Origin: an uncultured Acidobacteriota bacterium
GTDB taxonomy: Bacteria; Acidobacteriota; Thermoanaerobaculia; Multivoradales; SZUA-115
Assembly (NCBI GenBank): GCA_963805975.1
Contig: CAWDVR010000001.1
Location: 1,088,001 to 1,152,000, forward strand
Direction of reading: 5' to 3'
Length of the DNA stretch: 64,000 nucleotides
Shown in pieces: positions 50,418 through 59,706 of this stretch (its first letter is position 1; every line of letters starts with the position of its first letter). The notes under the pieces are model-generated. The model searched no databases. It was not told the DNA's origin and saw only the letters and a list, made by a program, of their open reading frames with translations. Position numbers and translations under genes: made by a program.

Positions 50418-51532
50418 AGGGGGATCTCCTGAGGGGGGAGCCCCCCTTCCGCTCGCAGTACATGGCGTGGGCCAAGACCCAGTCGCAGGCGCGCTTCGGC
50501 CTGGCGGCCAGCAACATGGCCCCGTTCCCGCTCGCCGAGCTGGACGCGACGATCGACAACCTCGAGATCAACGGCCCCACCACCTACGGCTACCCGCCCC
50601 TGCAGGCCGCGCTGGCCGCCAAGTGCGAGGTGGCCGAGGACTCCGTGCTCACCGCCATCGGCACTACCCAGGCCAATCACTTGGTGATGGCGGCGCTGCT
50701 CTCGCCCGGCGACCATCTGCTGATCGAGCACCCGGTCTACGAGCCGATGGTGGCCCTCGCCCGGCAGGTGGGGGCCGAGGTCGACTTCTTCACCCGGCGC
50801 GCCGAGACAGGCTTCGGCGTCGACCCGGAGGAGGTGGAGAGGAAGGTCACACCGAGGACGCGCCTGATCGCGATCACCGACCTCCACAACCCGAGCAGCG
50901 CGCGGCTGGACGAGCCCACGCTGGCGGCTCTCGCGGGCGTCGCGCGCCGGGCCGGTGCGCGCCTGCTGGTGGACGAGGTCTATCTCGAGATGGCATGGGT
51001 GGAGGGCGATCGCTCGCGCCCCGGCGTGGCCTCGGCCTTCCACCTCGGCCCCGAGGTCGTGGCCACCAGCAGCTTGACCAAGGCCTATGGGCTGTCGGGG
51101 CTGCGCTGCGGCTGGGTGTTGGCCGAACCTTCCCTGGTCTGCCGGATGTGGGAGCTCGCCGACCTCTTCGTGGGCACCCCGGCCCACCCCGCCGAGCTGT
51201 TGAGCGTCCTCGCCCTCGCAAGGCTGGGGAAGATCGCGGACCGGGCACAGGAGATCCTCGTTGCCAACCGCGCGCTGGTAGGGACTTTTCTCGACGGTCG
51301 CGACGACCTCGAGATCGCCCGGCCGCGCTTCGGCAGCGTGCTCTTCCCGCGCTGGGCGGGCGGCGATGTCGAGCCGCTCTGCCGCCTGCTGCGCGAGAAG
51401 CACGAGACCGCGGTCGTGCCCGGCCGCTTCTTCGGCGCACCGGAGCACTTCCGCTTCGGCATCGGCGGCTCGACCGAGGTTCTGCGAGCCGGGCTCGAGA
51501 GGCTGGGAGCGGCGCTCGACGAATTGAGGTGA
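50396..51532 (+). CDS. PLP-dependent class I/II aminotransferase-fold enzyme
   Basis: HNPS, DEVY, SLTKAYGLSGLRCGW (PLP Lys), PGRFF, FRFG; RBS AAAGGAG. Confidence 0.9.
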   Translation: MGSSDSLKGDLLRGEPPFRSQYMAWAKTQSQARFGLAASNMAPFPLAELDATIDNLEINGPTTYGYPPLQAALAAKCEVAEDSVLTAIGTTQANHLVMAALLSPGDHLLIEHPVYEPMVALARQVGAEVDFFTRRAETGFGVDPEEVERKVTPRTRLIAITDLHNPSSARLDEPTLAALAGVARRAGARLLVDEVYLEMAWVEGDRSRPGVASAFHLGPEVVATSSLTKAYGLSGLRCGWVLAEPSLVCRMWELADLFVGTPAHPAELLSVLALARLGKIADRAQEILVANRALVGTFLDGRDDLEIARPRFGSVLFPRWAGGDVEPLCRLLREKHETAVVPGRFFGAPEHFRFGIGGSTEVLRAGLERLGAALDELR

Positions 51533-51541
51533 GACCGGTGC

Positions 51542-52240
51542 TCAGGCCGCCGCCGGCCGTTTGCCGAGCGCCTCGGCCGCGTACAGCACCAGCGAGCAAC
51601 CGACCGGGAAGACCACCTCGTTGATGGCACGCGGCAGCACCGCCGCGAAGGTGGCGGGCGCCGGTGCGGCCCGGGTGATCACGGTGACGATCACGATGCC
51701 GAAGGTGAGGCCGGCGGCAGCGCCCATGCCGAGATAGGCGCCGAGCCCGCGGCCCTGGCGGCTCATCTTTCCGAGCACGAAGCCCAGCACCGCGTACTCG
51801 ACGGCTTTGAGAGCGGCGATCAACAGGGGAGATGCGCCGCCGGTGGCGCCCGCGAGCCCCAGTGCCTGGCCGACCGCCTTGTGGGTGGACTTGGCGGTGG
51901 TGAAGGCGACCGGTGCCGAGATCAGGCCGAGCACGCCCATCACGGCCGGCCGGCTCTTGGCCGCGGCAGTGCCGAAAGCGATGCCGACGCAGACCAGGAA
52001 CGACCAGGAGACTTTTTGCACCAGGTCCGCCACGATCGCCGCGGCCTTGAACGAGCCCGCGGTGGCGAGAAGCCCGAGCAGCAGCAGGATCTCGATCGCG
52101 ATGCCGAGCAGGATCGACATCCACGCCACCGTCATCAGCTTGCGCCACATGTCCGGCGGCTGCTCTTGCGTGGCGATGGCGGGGGAGCCTGCCGTCGCCA
52201 GACGTTCGCTCGCGAGATCCAGATCTGTCGTCATCGCCAT
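51542..52240 (-). CDS. Hypothetical multi-pass membrane protein
   Basis: About 6 hydrophobic segments, GC3-rich codons, RBS GGAGGG. Confidence 0.75.
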   Translation of the reverse strand: MAMTTDLDLASERLATAGSPAIATQEQPPDMWRKLMTVAWMSILLGIAIEILLLLGLLATAGSFKAAAIVADLVQKVSWSFLVCVGIAFGTAAAKSRPAVMGVLGLISAPVAFTTAKSTHKAVGQALGLAGATGGASPLLIAALKAVEYAVLGFVLGKMSRQGRGLGAYLGMGAAAGLTFGIVIVTVITRAAPAPATFAAVLPRAINEVVFPVGCSLVLYAAEALGKRPAAA

Positions 52241-52348
52241 CCCTCCGTCAGGCCTTCAAGGTTGCGCCGGACCCTAACGGCCGCCTGGCCGCGGTTCCAC
52301 CGGCTTGGGTCAGGGAGCAGACCTGTCGAAAGGAAGGAAGGCCCCGGC

Positions 52349-52723
52349 TCAAGGCTCGTCCTCGGAGACCTCCTCCAGCCAGATGGTGTCGAGGTCGATG
52401 TTGACGGCCAGGTGCGCCATCCCGGCGCCGGGCGTGGCGCCGTGCCAGTGCTTCTCGCCGGCCGGGACGTAGACCGTCTCGCCGGGGCCGGCCTCCATCA
52501 GTGGCCCACCCCAATGCCGGTAGCGGCAGCGACCCTCCACCACGAACAGCAACTGCACGCCGCTGTGGGTGTGCCAGTGGGTGCGGGCGCCTGGCGCGAA
52601 CTCCACCCGGTAGAGCTTCACGCCCCCCAGGTCTTCCGGCGCTGGCTCGAGGGTCACCTCGCCGGTGAAGTACGAGGGATCACCCGGCTTGCCTGCCAGG
52701 CGACCGAGATCGAGCGTGTGCAT
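52349..52723 (-). CDS. Cupin-domain protein
   Basis: F.PGARTHWHTH..Q.L.V.EG and PGE.V..PAGEKHWHGA. Confidence 0.9.
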   Translation of the reverse strand: MHTLDLGRLAGKPGDPSYFTGEVTLEPAPEDLGGVKLYRVEFAPGARTHWHTHSGVQLLFVVEGRCRYRHWGGPLMEAGPGETVYVPAGEKHWHGATPGAGMAHLAVNIDLDTIWLEEVSEDEP

Positions 52724-52932
52724 TTCACGTTCCTCCGAGGTCTCGCGGTTGGCGCGAGGAATGGCCTGCCATGGGGCGACGAGAGCGTACCATTGCGGTG
52801 ATCCGTCCTACGCAAACCGTAGGAGATCGTTGTATACTGCGCGGACCACAAACGCAGAGGGGCTGATCTGCGGTCCAAAATCGAGTCTACTGTCCGCAGC
52901 TACACTCTCCGCATCGCATGAGGTGCCCTTTG

Positions 52933-55569
52933 ATGAGACGAACTTGCACGCTCGTTGTCTGGTGCGCTCTCGTCGCTCTCGCCACCGCCCTACCGGCGGC
53001 GGCCCAGAGCTACGAGGTCAAGCTGCTCACCGGCAAGCTCAACCCCCCGGCCGGCCTCTCCACCGGAGAGCGGCAGCGGATCGCCGACCAGGGCGCTGCC
53101 CTGGCGGCAGCCGGCGAAGACCGTATGCACGTGCTGGTGCAGTTCAAGGCGATTCCGGACGCGGCCCAGCAGGAGGCCTTGCGCCGTGACGGCATCGACC
53201 TCGGGGCGTACCTGCCCGACAACGCCTGGGTCGCCTCGGTGCCGGCGCGCCAGGCTGCGGACGTCCTGGCGCGGTCCGAGGTGCGTTGGGCCACGGCCTG
53301 GGGCACCTCGCAGAAGCTTCATCCGCGGGTCGTGGCGGGCGATTTCGGCTCCTGGACGCGCGACCCCTCCCGGCCGGAGTGGGTGATGCTCTTCGTGCTC
53401 CTTCACCATGATGTGGACATCGCCCGCGGCGCCGAGATCGCGGCCGCCCGCGGTGGTGTTGCCATGGACCCGGTGCTCGGCCTGCACGGCATGACGGTGT
53501 GGATGCCGCAGAGCCGCATCGCCGAGCTGGCCCGCGAGGAGCAGGTGATGTGGGTCGAGGAAGGCCCCAAGCCGCTCTCCGAGACCAACGACGGCGTGCG
53601 GGCGCTGATGAACGCCAATCCGATCAAGACCGCGCCCTATAACCTCGACGGCACGGGCGTGCGCGTCTTCGTGTTCGACGGCGGCCAGGTGCGCGCCACG
53701 CACAACTTCTTCAACCCCGGCACGGTGATCATCACCACTGCCGACACCATCTCCGACCACTCGACCCACGTCGCGGGCACCGCGGTGGGCGACGGTGATG
53801 GCGGGCGCGGCGAAGGCTTGGCCGACAACGCGGACCTCCTTTCGACCGGCTACGATCAGACCGGCGGCACGATGCTCTTCTGGGACAACGCGGGCGACAT
53901 CGAGAGTGAGTACACGCTGGCCCGCAACACCCACAACCTCGACCTGGCCAACAACTCGATCGGCAGCAACACGGCCGCCAACGGCTTCCCTTGCGCCACC
54001 GAGGGTGACTACGGCGTGACCTCGAGCCTGCTCGACCAGATCGTGCGCGACGACAACCCGTCGGTGAACGGCGCCGTGACCCTCGCCTGGGCGAACGGCA
54101 ACGAACGCAGCGGCGGCTCGCCACGCGGCCGTTGCGGCTCGAACTTCCTGACCACCGCCGAGCCTTCCTGCGCCAAGAACCCGATCCACGTCGGCGCCCT
54201 CAACTCGGACGGCGGCTCGATGACCACCTTCAGCTCCTGGGGCCCTTGCGACGACGGCCGGATGAAGCCGATCGTGTCGGCAGCCGGCTGCGAGACCGGT
54301 CGGGTGAGCGGCGAGACCGGTGTCTTCTCCTCGTTCGGTACCAGTGACTCTGCCACCAACGGCACCTTCTGCGGTACCTCGATGGCGACGCCGGCAGTGT
54401 CCGGGCTGATCGCTCTGCTCACTCAGGACTGGCGTGCCCTCGGCTTCGGCGGCGCCAACGACCGGCCGCTCCCGGCGCTGGTCAAGGCGATGCTGATCCA
54501 GACCACGAGCGACATGGGCAACGACGGGCCGGACTACCGCTTCGGCTATGGCAACGTCAACGGCCAGGCGCTGATCGACCTGCTGCGCGACGGCGATCCG
54601 ATCGGCACCGGTGGTCCCTCGACCGACCGCTGGGGCACCGACTCGATCACCAACGGCGGGACCGACAACTACAGCTTCACGGTGCCCGCCGGCACCGGCG
54701 TGCTCAAGGCCAGCCTGGCCTGGGACGACGCCTCGGCGGCCGCCTTCAGCGCCGACCCGCTGGTGAACGACCTCGACCTGGTGCTGGTCGAGCCCGATGG
54801 CGTCACGCTCCACCGCGCCTTCGTGCTCAACCCGGCGAGCCCGGACGCCGCGGCCACCACCGGCACCAACACCCTCGACAACCAGGAGCAGGTGATCGTC
54901 GAAGGCCCGGCGGCCGGCGTGTGGACGGTGCGGGTCTCCGGCACGGTCGTGCCCACCGCCCCGCAGACCTACGGCCTGGCCTACAGCGCCATCCCGGAGG
55001 TGAGCATCTCGGGCGGTTGCTCGAACGCGGTGACCAACGGTGGCTTCGAGACCGACACCACCGGCTGGACGCTCTCCGGTGGAGCGACCCGTACGGCTGC
55101 TCCGGCCGCCGGCCACGGCAGCTTCTCACTCCGGTTCGGCAGCACCAACAGCGCCGTGGCGGAGGCCTTTACCGAGGTCGCCATCCCGGCCGATGCGACG
55201 CGCGCGCAGTGGAACTACTTCTTCCACCAGACCACGGACGAGGGTAGCTCCGGCTTCGGCTGGGACTTCTTCATCGCCGAGGTCCGCAGCACCGCTGGTG
55301 CCGTGCTCGCCGTCCACGATCTGCGCAGCGACGGCTTCCTGGAGAACGTCTGGTCCGGCGCTCGCAATATCGACCTGCTGCCCTTCGCCGGCCAGACGGT
55401 GCGAGTGACCTTCCGGGCGACCACGGACAGCACGCTCCCCACCACCTTCTGGGCGGACGACGTGGAGCTGGACATCTGCCTCGGGGTGTCGCCGGACATC
55501 TTCGCGGACGGCTTCGAGACCGGTGACGTCAGCCAGTGGACGCAGTGCGTGGGCACCTGCCCTCCGTGA
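52933..55569 (+). CDS. Secreted subtilisin-like S8 serine peptidase with C-terminal beta domains
   Basis: Signal peptide; VFDGG (Asp), HSTHVAG (His), ANGNE, GTSMATP (Ser); LVNDLDL domain, NGGFE domain, terminal IFADGFETGD. Confidence 0.92.
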   Translation: MRRTCTLVVWCALVALATALPAAAQSYEVKLLTGKLNPPAGLSTGERQRIADQGAALAAAGEDRMHVLVQFKAIPDAAQQEALRRDGIDLGAYLPDNAWVASVPARQAADVLARSEVRWATAWGTSQKLHPRVVAGDFGSWTRDPSRPEWVMLFVLLHHDVDIARGAEIAAARGGVAMDPVLGLHGMTVWMPQSRIAELAREEQVMWVEEGPKPLSETNDGVRALMNANPIKTAPYNLDGTGVRVFVFDGGQVRATHNFFNPGTVIITTADTISDHSTHVAGTAVGDGDGGRGEGLADNADLLSTGYDQTGGTMLFWDNAGDIESEYTLARNTHNLDLANNSIGSNTAANGFPCATEGDYGVTSSLLDQIVRDDNPSVNGAVTLAWANGNERSGGSPRGRCGSNFLTTAEPSCAKNPIHVGALNSDGGSMTTFSSWGPCDDGRMKPIVSAAGCETGRVSGETGVFSSFGTSDSATNGTFCGTSMATPAVSGLIALLTQDWRALGFGGANDRPLPALVKAMLIQTTSDMGNDGPDYRFGYGNVNGQALIDLLRDGDPIGTGGPSTDRWGTDSITNGGTDNYSFTVPAGTGVLKASLAWDDASAAAFSADPLVNDLDLVLVEPDGVTLHRAFVLNPASPDAAATTGTNTLDNQEQVIVEGPAAGVWTVRVSGTVVPTAPQTYGLAYSAIPEVSISGGCSNAVTNGGFETDTTGWTLSGGATRTAAPAAGHGSFSLRFGSTNSAVAEAFTEVAIPADATRAQWNYFFHQTTDEGSSGFGWDFFIAEVRSTAGAVLAVHDLRSDGFLENVWSGARNIDLLPFAGQTVRVTFRATTDSTLPTTFWADDVELDICLGVSPDIFADGFETGDVSQWTQCVGTCPP

Positions 55570-55601
55570 CAGCCTTTACTCTCTGATCTGCTTCGAACGA
55601 T

Positions 55602-55633
55602 GGGGCCGTGCGCGAGCACGGCCCCTTTTCTTT
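55602..55633 (+). terminator. Rho-independent terminator of the S8 peptidase gene
   Basis: GGGGCCGTGC-GCGA-GCACGGCCCC followed by TTTTCTTT. Confidence 0.85.
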
Positions 55634-55976
55634 GTGTGCGGCCCAGCTCGCCGCGAGCAGCTCGACGTGATCCACTTCCAGCACCAGCCCACTCCGTGGT
55701 CCAGCCGGGGTGGCCTCGCGGTGGCCGGCTCCGTGCTCGTCGACACGAACGGCGATGGCCGCACGGACACCCGGCTGGCAGGCACCACCAACGTCTTCCC
55801 TGGCTGGGTGTCCCAACTGATGGCACCACGGTAGCTGCCCTGCCGAGCTGCCACTGTGATCCCAGCCAGACCTTCCTTCCCCAAGGTGTTGGCGGAGGTG
55901 GGACGCAGAGCACCTGCGTCCACTGGCACTGCCCGGCTGGTGTGAACCCCGACTAGTCGGAGCGGTTGCTGCGAGT

Positions 55977-56012
55977 CTCCTGGGTCCGATCGCCGCCGAT
56001 CGGACCCAGGAG
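55977..56012. terminator. 16-bp perfect hairpin (terminator or REP-like) downstream of the minus-strand operon
   Basis: CTCCTGGGTCCGATCG-CCGC-CGATCGGACCCAGGAG. Confidence 0.55.
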
Positions 56013-56054
56013 GTGGACTGAGCTGTCCGAGAGAATCGAGCGCGGAGGACCGGT

Positions 56055-56804
56055 CTACTTGCCGACGTACTGGATTGTCGCCTGAGTCTTGCCGTCCACT
56101 TCGGCGACCGAGAGCGTGACCTGGCGCGCGGGGTCATCGTGGCTGGCAACCAGGATCTTGCCCTGGCCGGTGATATTGGTGACCTGAATCTGGAAGCCGG
56201 CGCTTTCGAGGGTGCTCCGGTAGTGCTCGTAGACCGTGTCGACACTGTCGCTGGTGGTCAACGAGAAGGAGCCTCCGGAGCCCTGGTCGGCGGTTGCAAC
56301 GTAGGTGGCCGTGACCTCGGAGCCGGGATAGACCGGGATCCAGCTCGGTAGGTCCTCCTCCGAGCCGGCGCCGGCCTGGAACACGGTCTTGCCCGTTTCG
56401 TCGGTCATGGTCAAGGCGCCGTCGGCGCCCCCTTGAGCATCGAACCTCACCTCACCCTCGTCGGTCTTGAAGGTGATCTTGCCGTCCTTGACGTCGTCGG
56501 CGTCGATGGTCAAGGTCTCGCCGGTCTTGACGTTGCGAAGCGTGATCTCGCGGCTGGTCTCGTCGGCGGAGACGAACTCGACCTCCGGATTGAGCGCCGC
56601 GTAGGTCTTGCCGGCCATCGCGACCGGGTTCTTCTCGAAGTCGTTGGCAAACTGCTTGGCCTTGCTCACCCCGTAGCCCACGACGACGGTGAGCACGATG
56701 CCGACCACCAAGACCAATCCACCGCAACCGATCAAGATCCAGGCGAGCGGCGACAGGCCTTTCTTTTTCTGCTCCGGGGCTCCCGGCGGGGAAGCTACGG
56801 TCAT
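56055..56804 (-). CDS. Hypothetical single-pass membrane-anchored protein
   Basis: KKKG followed by one TM helix, then a soluble domain with LPSWIPVYPGS; RBS AAGGAG. Confidence 0.8.
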   Translation of the reverse strand: MTVASPPGAPEQKKKGLSPLAWILIGCGGLVLVVGIVLTVVVGYGVSKAKQFANDFEKNPVAMAGKTYAALNPEVEFVSADETSREITLRNVKTGETLTIDADDVKDGKITFKTDEGEVRFDAQGGADGALTMTDETGKTVFQAGAGSEEDLPSWIPVYPGSEVTATYVATADQGSGGSFSLTTSDSVDTVYEHYRSTLESAGFQIQVTNITGQGKILVASHDDPARQVTLSVAEVDGKTQATIQYVGK

Positions 56805-56965
56805 CGTTTTTCTCCTTGGGAGAGGTCTGTTCTAGAAGCGGTCAAGATAGCACGGAGGTCCGGGCCCGAAGCCGAGGGAGGGGTCTCTCGCGAGCAGCGC
56901 AGGTCGCCCGAAGGGAGCTCGAGCAGCGCAGCGAGAGATCTCTCCCTCGACTCGGTGTTGCCTGC

Positions 56966-58285
56966 CTACTGGTGCCGCCGGGGCGGCTCGACGATGCCGG
57001 CCTGGGCCCGCAGCCAGGCAGAGAAGCCCGCCTCGAGCTCTTTCTCCGAGGTGCCGAGAGCCGCGAGCAGGGTGCGGCCATCACTGGCTCCGCCCGCGGC
57101 CACGGCTTGCAGGAAGGTGCGGAACGCGGGTGCAGAACGCCTGCCGGATCCCTGAGGTCCAGGTCCATCGAACCCCGATCCATCGAGCAAATAGCGGACG
57201 AGGAAGCCGCTCGCCGGGTAGAGAAGGGACCGGCTCTCCGGGTCCGCGAACTCGCTCCAGCCGAGGTCGAGGATCTCGAGCACGGGCGGCCGATCCGGTT
57301 CGGACCACCGGGCGATGAGATCCAGCAGGAGCGCTCTGGGCCCGAGGGTGGTGATCTGGAACGAGTCTCCCGCGAGCTTGCCCAAGGAGCCACCGACAGA
57401 ATTCGTGGATCGGGTGCGGCCGGCGAGAGAGCCCAGGCGCAGGCGGCCCGAGGAGTCCACCTGCGAGTAGGCGAGGTCTTCCGCCAGGCCCTCGTCGAGC
57501 CAGGGAGCGAGGTCCACCGCCAGCCCCAGCGCCCGCCGGTTGAGCAGGTGAACGAGCTCGTGGACGAGCAGGGCTTCCGCCTCGTCCCGTTCGGCGACGG
57601 CCAGGGCCGCGATGCCGTTGCCGGCGTGGCCGGACGGTTCGAGCTGCGCGAGACCGGGCTCCGCATCGGTAAAGGCGCGGTAGCTCTCGGCCCTGGCGAA
57701 CAGCAGAACCGTCTCCTCGCCCGGTTCGGGGGAAGACAGGCCATAGCGCTCGGCATAGGACGCCGGGAGGGAGCGGGCGATGGCCGCGAGCGAGTTGAGG
57801 AGCTTACCAGGCTCGACGTCGGTCAACAGTCGGTACGGGCCCAGAGTCTCGAGCCGGGCTCCGGCTCCGAGAAAGGCATTGGCGCGGGTCAGCGCTTCGC
57901 GATCGACCCAGGCGTTGGCGGAGGACCAGGCCCGGCTTTCCCCGGCGGCGGGCTTCGCCGTTCGGAGCTCCTGACTGCGCGACAGCATCCAGCCGCGCAG
58001 ATCGCCGTACGCCACCCGTACCCAGGGCGGCTGCCGCTCGACGATCGGGAGCTCGAGCGGCTCGTCGATGAACTGGATCTCGGGGGCCCGCAGGTCGGGC
58101 CGCTCGCGCAGCCGTGTGCCGGCTTCCACGGTGATCGTCTCTGCAGGGCTGCCCGAGAGATCGAAACCGGCGCGGGTGCCGAGCACGGCCTCTTCCGCGC
58201 GCGCCGCGAGCCTCGGCGGTGCGCTGGCGAGAAGCGAGACCAGCGTGGATACCAGGGCGAGGCCGGCGGCTCTCGAACCACGCAT
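56966..58285 (-). CDS. Exported protein with an SH3-like segment and a gluzincin-type zinc-peptidase motif
   Basis: Signal-like N-terminus, WVRV.YG.LRGW, HELVH...WLDEGLAE; start 2 nt from the upstream stop. Confidence 0.7.
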   Translation of the reverse strand: MRGSRAAGLALVSTLVSLLASAPPRLAARAEEAVLGTRAGFDLSGSPAETITVEAGTRLRERPDLRAPEIQFIDEPLELPIVERQPPWVRVAYGDLRGWMLSRSQELRTAKPAAGESRAWSSANAWVDREALTRANAFLGAGARLETLGPYRLLTDVEPGKLLNSLAAIARSLPASYAERYGLSSPEPGEETVLLFARAESYRAFTDAEPGLAQLEPSGHAGNGIAALAVAERDEAEALLVHELVHLLNRRALGLAVDLAPWLDEGLAEDLAYSQVDSSGRLRLGSLAGRTRSTNSVGGSLGKLAGDSFQITTLGPRALLLDLIARWSEPDRPPVLEILDLGWSEFADPESRSLLYPASGFLVRYLLDGSGFDGPGPQGSGRRSAPAFRTFLQAVAAGGASDGRTLLAALGTSEKELEAGFSAWLRAQAGIVEPPRRHQ

Positions 58286-58287
58286 CC

Positions 58288-59640
58288 CTAGCGCGCCAGC
58301 TCGATGGGCGCCCCCGGGGAGACGGCGATCTCTTGCGGCAGGTACGAGCCTCGCAGCCAGACCACGACCTGGCGGTCGAGCATCTTGAACAGATCCTGAA
58401 CCGCGGTGTCGAGCTTGCCGGCGCTCGAGATATCGGTGACCTCGCCCCAAGGCCCGCGGGAGGCGCCACGGCGCGGATCGAGAGCCCAGACGCGGAAAGG
58501 CACCTGGAGAGTCTCCAGGTAGCGCCGCGACTCGGACGCCGGCACCTGGCTCTCGTCCGCCGGGTCCCGGCCGAGAACCAGCACCACGGCTCGGCGCCGG
58601 CCGGTGCCCGCCGCCGACATGCCGGCCACGGCCACGGCATCGGCTAGGCGCTGCGGCGTCTTGAAGGCGCGCTGGGGGCGAGCCCGCGCCAGCAGCCAGA
58701 AGACCCCCGCGTCGCGCGAGCTGAAGTCGGGCGAGGAAGGGAAGAGCGCGTAGCTGAGGCTGGTGCCCTTCTGAGCCTCGGCAAACGGGGTGAGGAATCG
58801 CAGGCGTTGGTCGGGGCGCAGGGGCATGGCGCTGCGGGCCACCTGGGCGCTCTCGGAGAGAGCGGCATTCCCGCCGGAGACGCTGCTCAGGTTGCCGAGG
58901 ATGCCGCGCATGGTGTGCGCCAGATCGCGCTGCAAGCCGTCGAAGGCCTCGAGAGAACCCTCGTCGCGGACCACCACGATCTCTGCCCGGCCGCGCTCGA
59001 TGGCCGCGATCTCCACGGGTTTGCCATTCTCGATCAGCCAGCCCTGCATGGCCTCGACCGTGGGCAGGGCGGTGCCGCGCGTGAGGAGCATAGGAAGGGC
59101 GGTGAGCTCGGCGGTCACCTCCTCGGCATAGGTGCCGCCGAACACGCGCTCGACGACCGTGCTCACCGCTTCGGAGAACTCGAGCTCGACGCGGAGATAG
59201 TGCAGGCGGTCGGGATCGAGGGGCGGCAGCTCGATCGAGTGGGGATCGCCCACCGCGAGCGGCCGGCCGTCCACGAAGGCGCGGACAGAGCGGGGCGCGG
59301 ACCCCACCAGGCTCTCCCAGGCGAGCCGCGCCCGCGCCGGCGTCCCGGAGCGCTCTCCTTCGAGGACGACACCGACCTCGGCCTCGGCCCGCGGGATATT
59401 GAGGAACTGGCGGACCTCGGCCAGCGGGTTGCCATCCTGGCCGAAGGCGATGGCCACCAGCTTGCGTGGCCGGAGCTCGGAGCCGAAGTCGTACGGGAGG
59501 CTCCAGGCGGGAGGCCGGAGCAGGCCGATGCGCTCTCCGTCGAGCCGCAGCTCCACGTGAGCGACCGCCGGGTCGACGGCTACCTCGATGGTCTGGTAGC
59601 CGAGCACCAGCCCGATGAAGAGAGATACGAAGCTGACCAA
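58288..59640 (-). CDS. Hypothetical exported protein (Ig-like N-part, possible degenerate VWA-like C-part)
   Basis: 450-aa ORF with GC3 bias and a hydrophobic N-terminus; TTG start uncertain. Confidence 0.65.
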   Translation of the reverse strand: MVSFVSLFIGLVLGYQTIEVAVDPAVAHVELRLDGERIGLLRPPAWSLPYDFGSELRPRKLVAIAFGQDGNPLAEVRQFLNIPRAEAEVGVVLEGERSGTPARARLAWESLVGSAPRSVRAFVDGRPLAVGDPHSIELPPLDPDRLHYLRVELEFSEAVSTVVERVFGGTYAEEVTAELTALPMLLTRGTALPTVEAMQGWLIENGKPVEIAAIERGRAEIVVVRDEGSLEAFDGLQRDLAHTMRGILGNLSSVSGGNAALSESAQVARSAMPLRPDQRLRFLTPFAEAQKGTSLSYALFPSSPDFSSRDAGVFWLLARARPQRAFKTPQRLADAVAVAGMSAAGTGRRRAVVLVLGRDPADESQVPASESRRYLETLQVPFRVWALDPRRGASRGPWGEVTDISSAGKLDTAVQDLFKMLDRQVVVWLRGSYLPQEIAVSPGAPIELAR

Positions 59641-59706
59641 TCGCGCCTCCCGAGAGCTAGGTTACCAGGTCTCGGGAGACGCAACGCAGCAAGTTTCCTG
59701 CCGGGC

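Noticed and set aside
49026-52723. Permease, PLP enzyme and cupin as precursor-supply genes of the BGC
   Set aside because: They lie on the other side of the tRNA with host-like GC, and nothing in the sequence links them to the cluster
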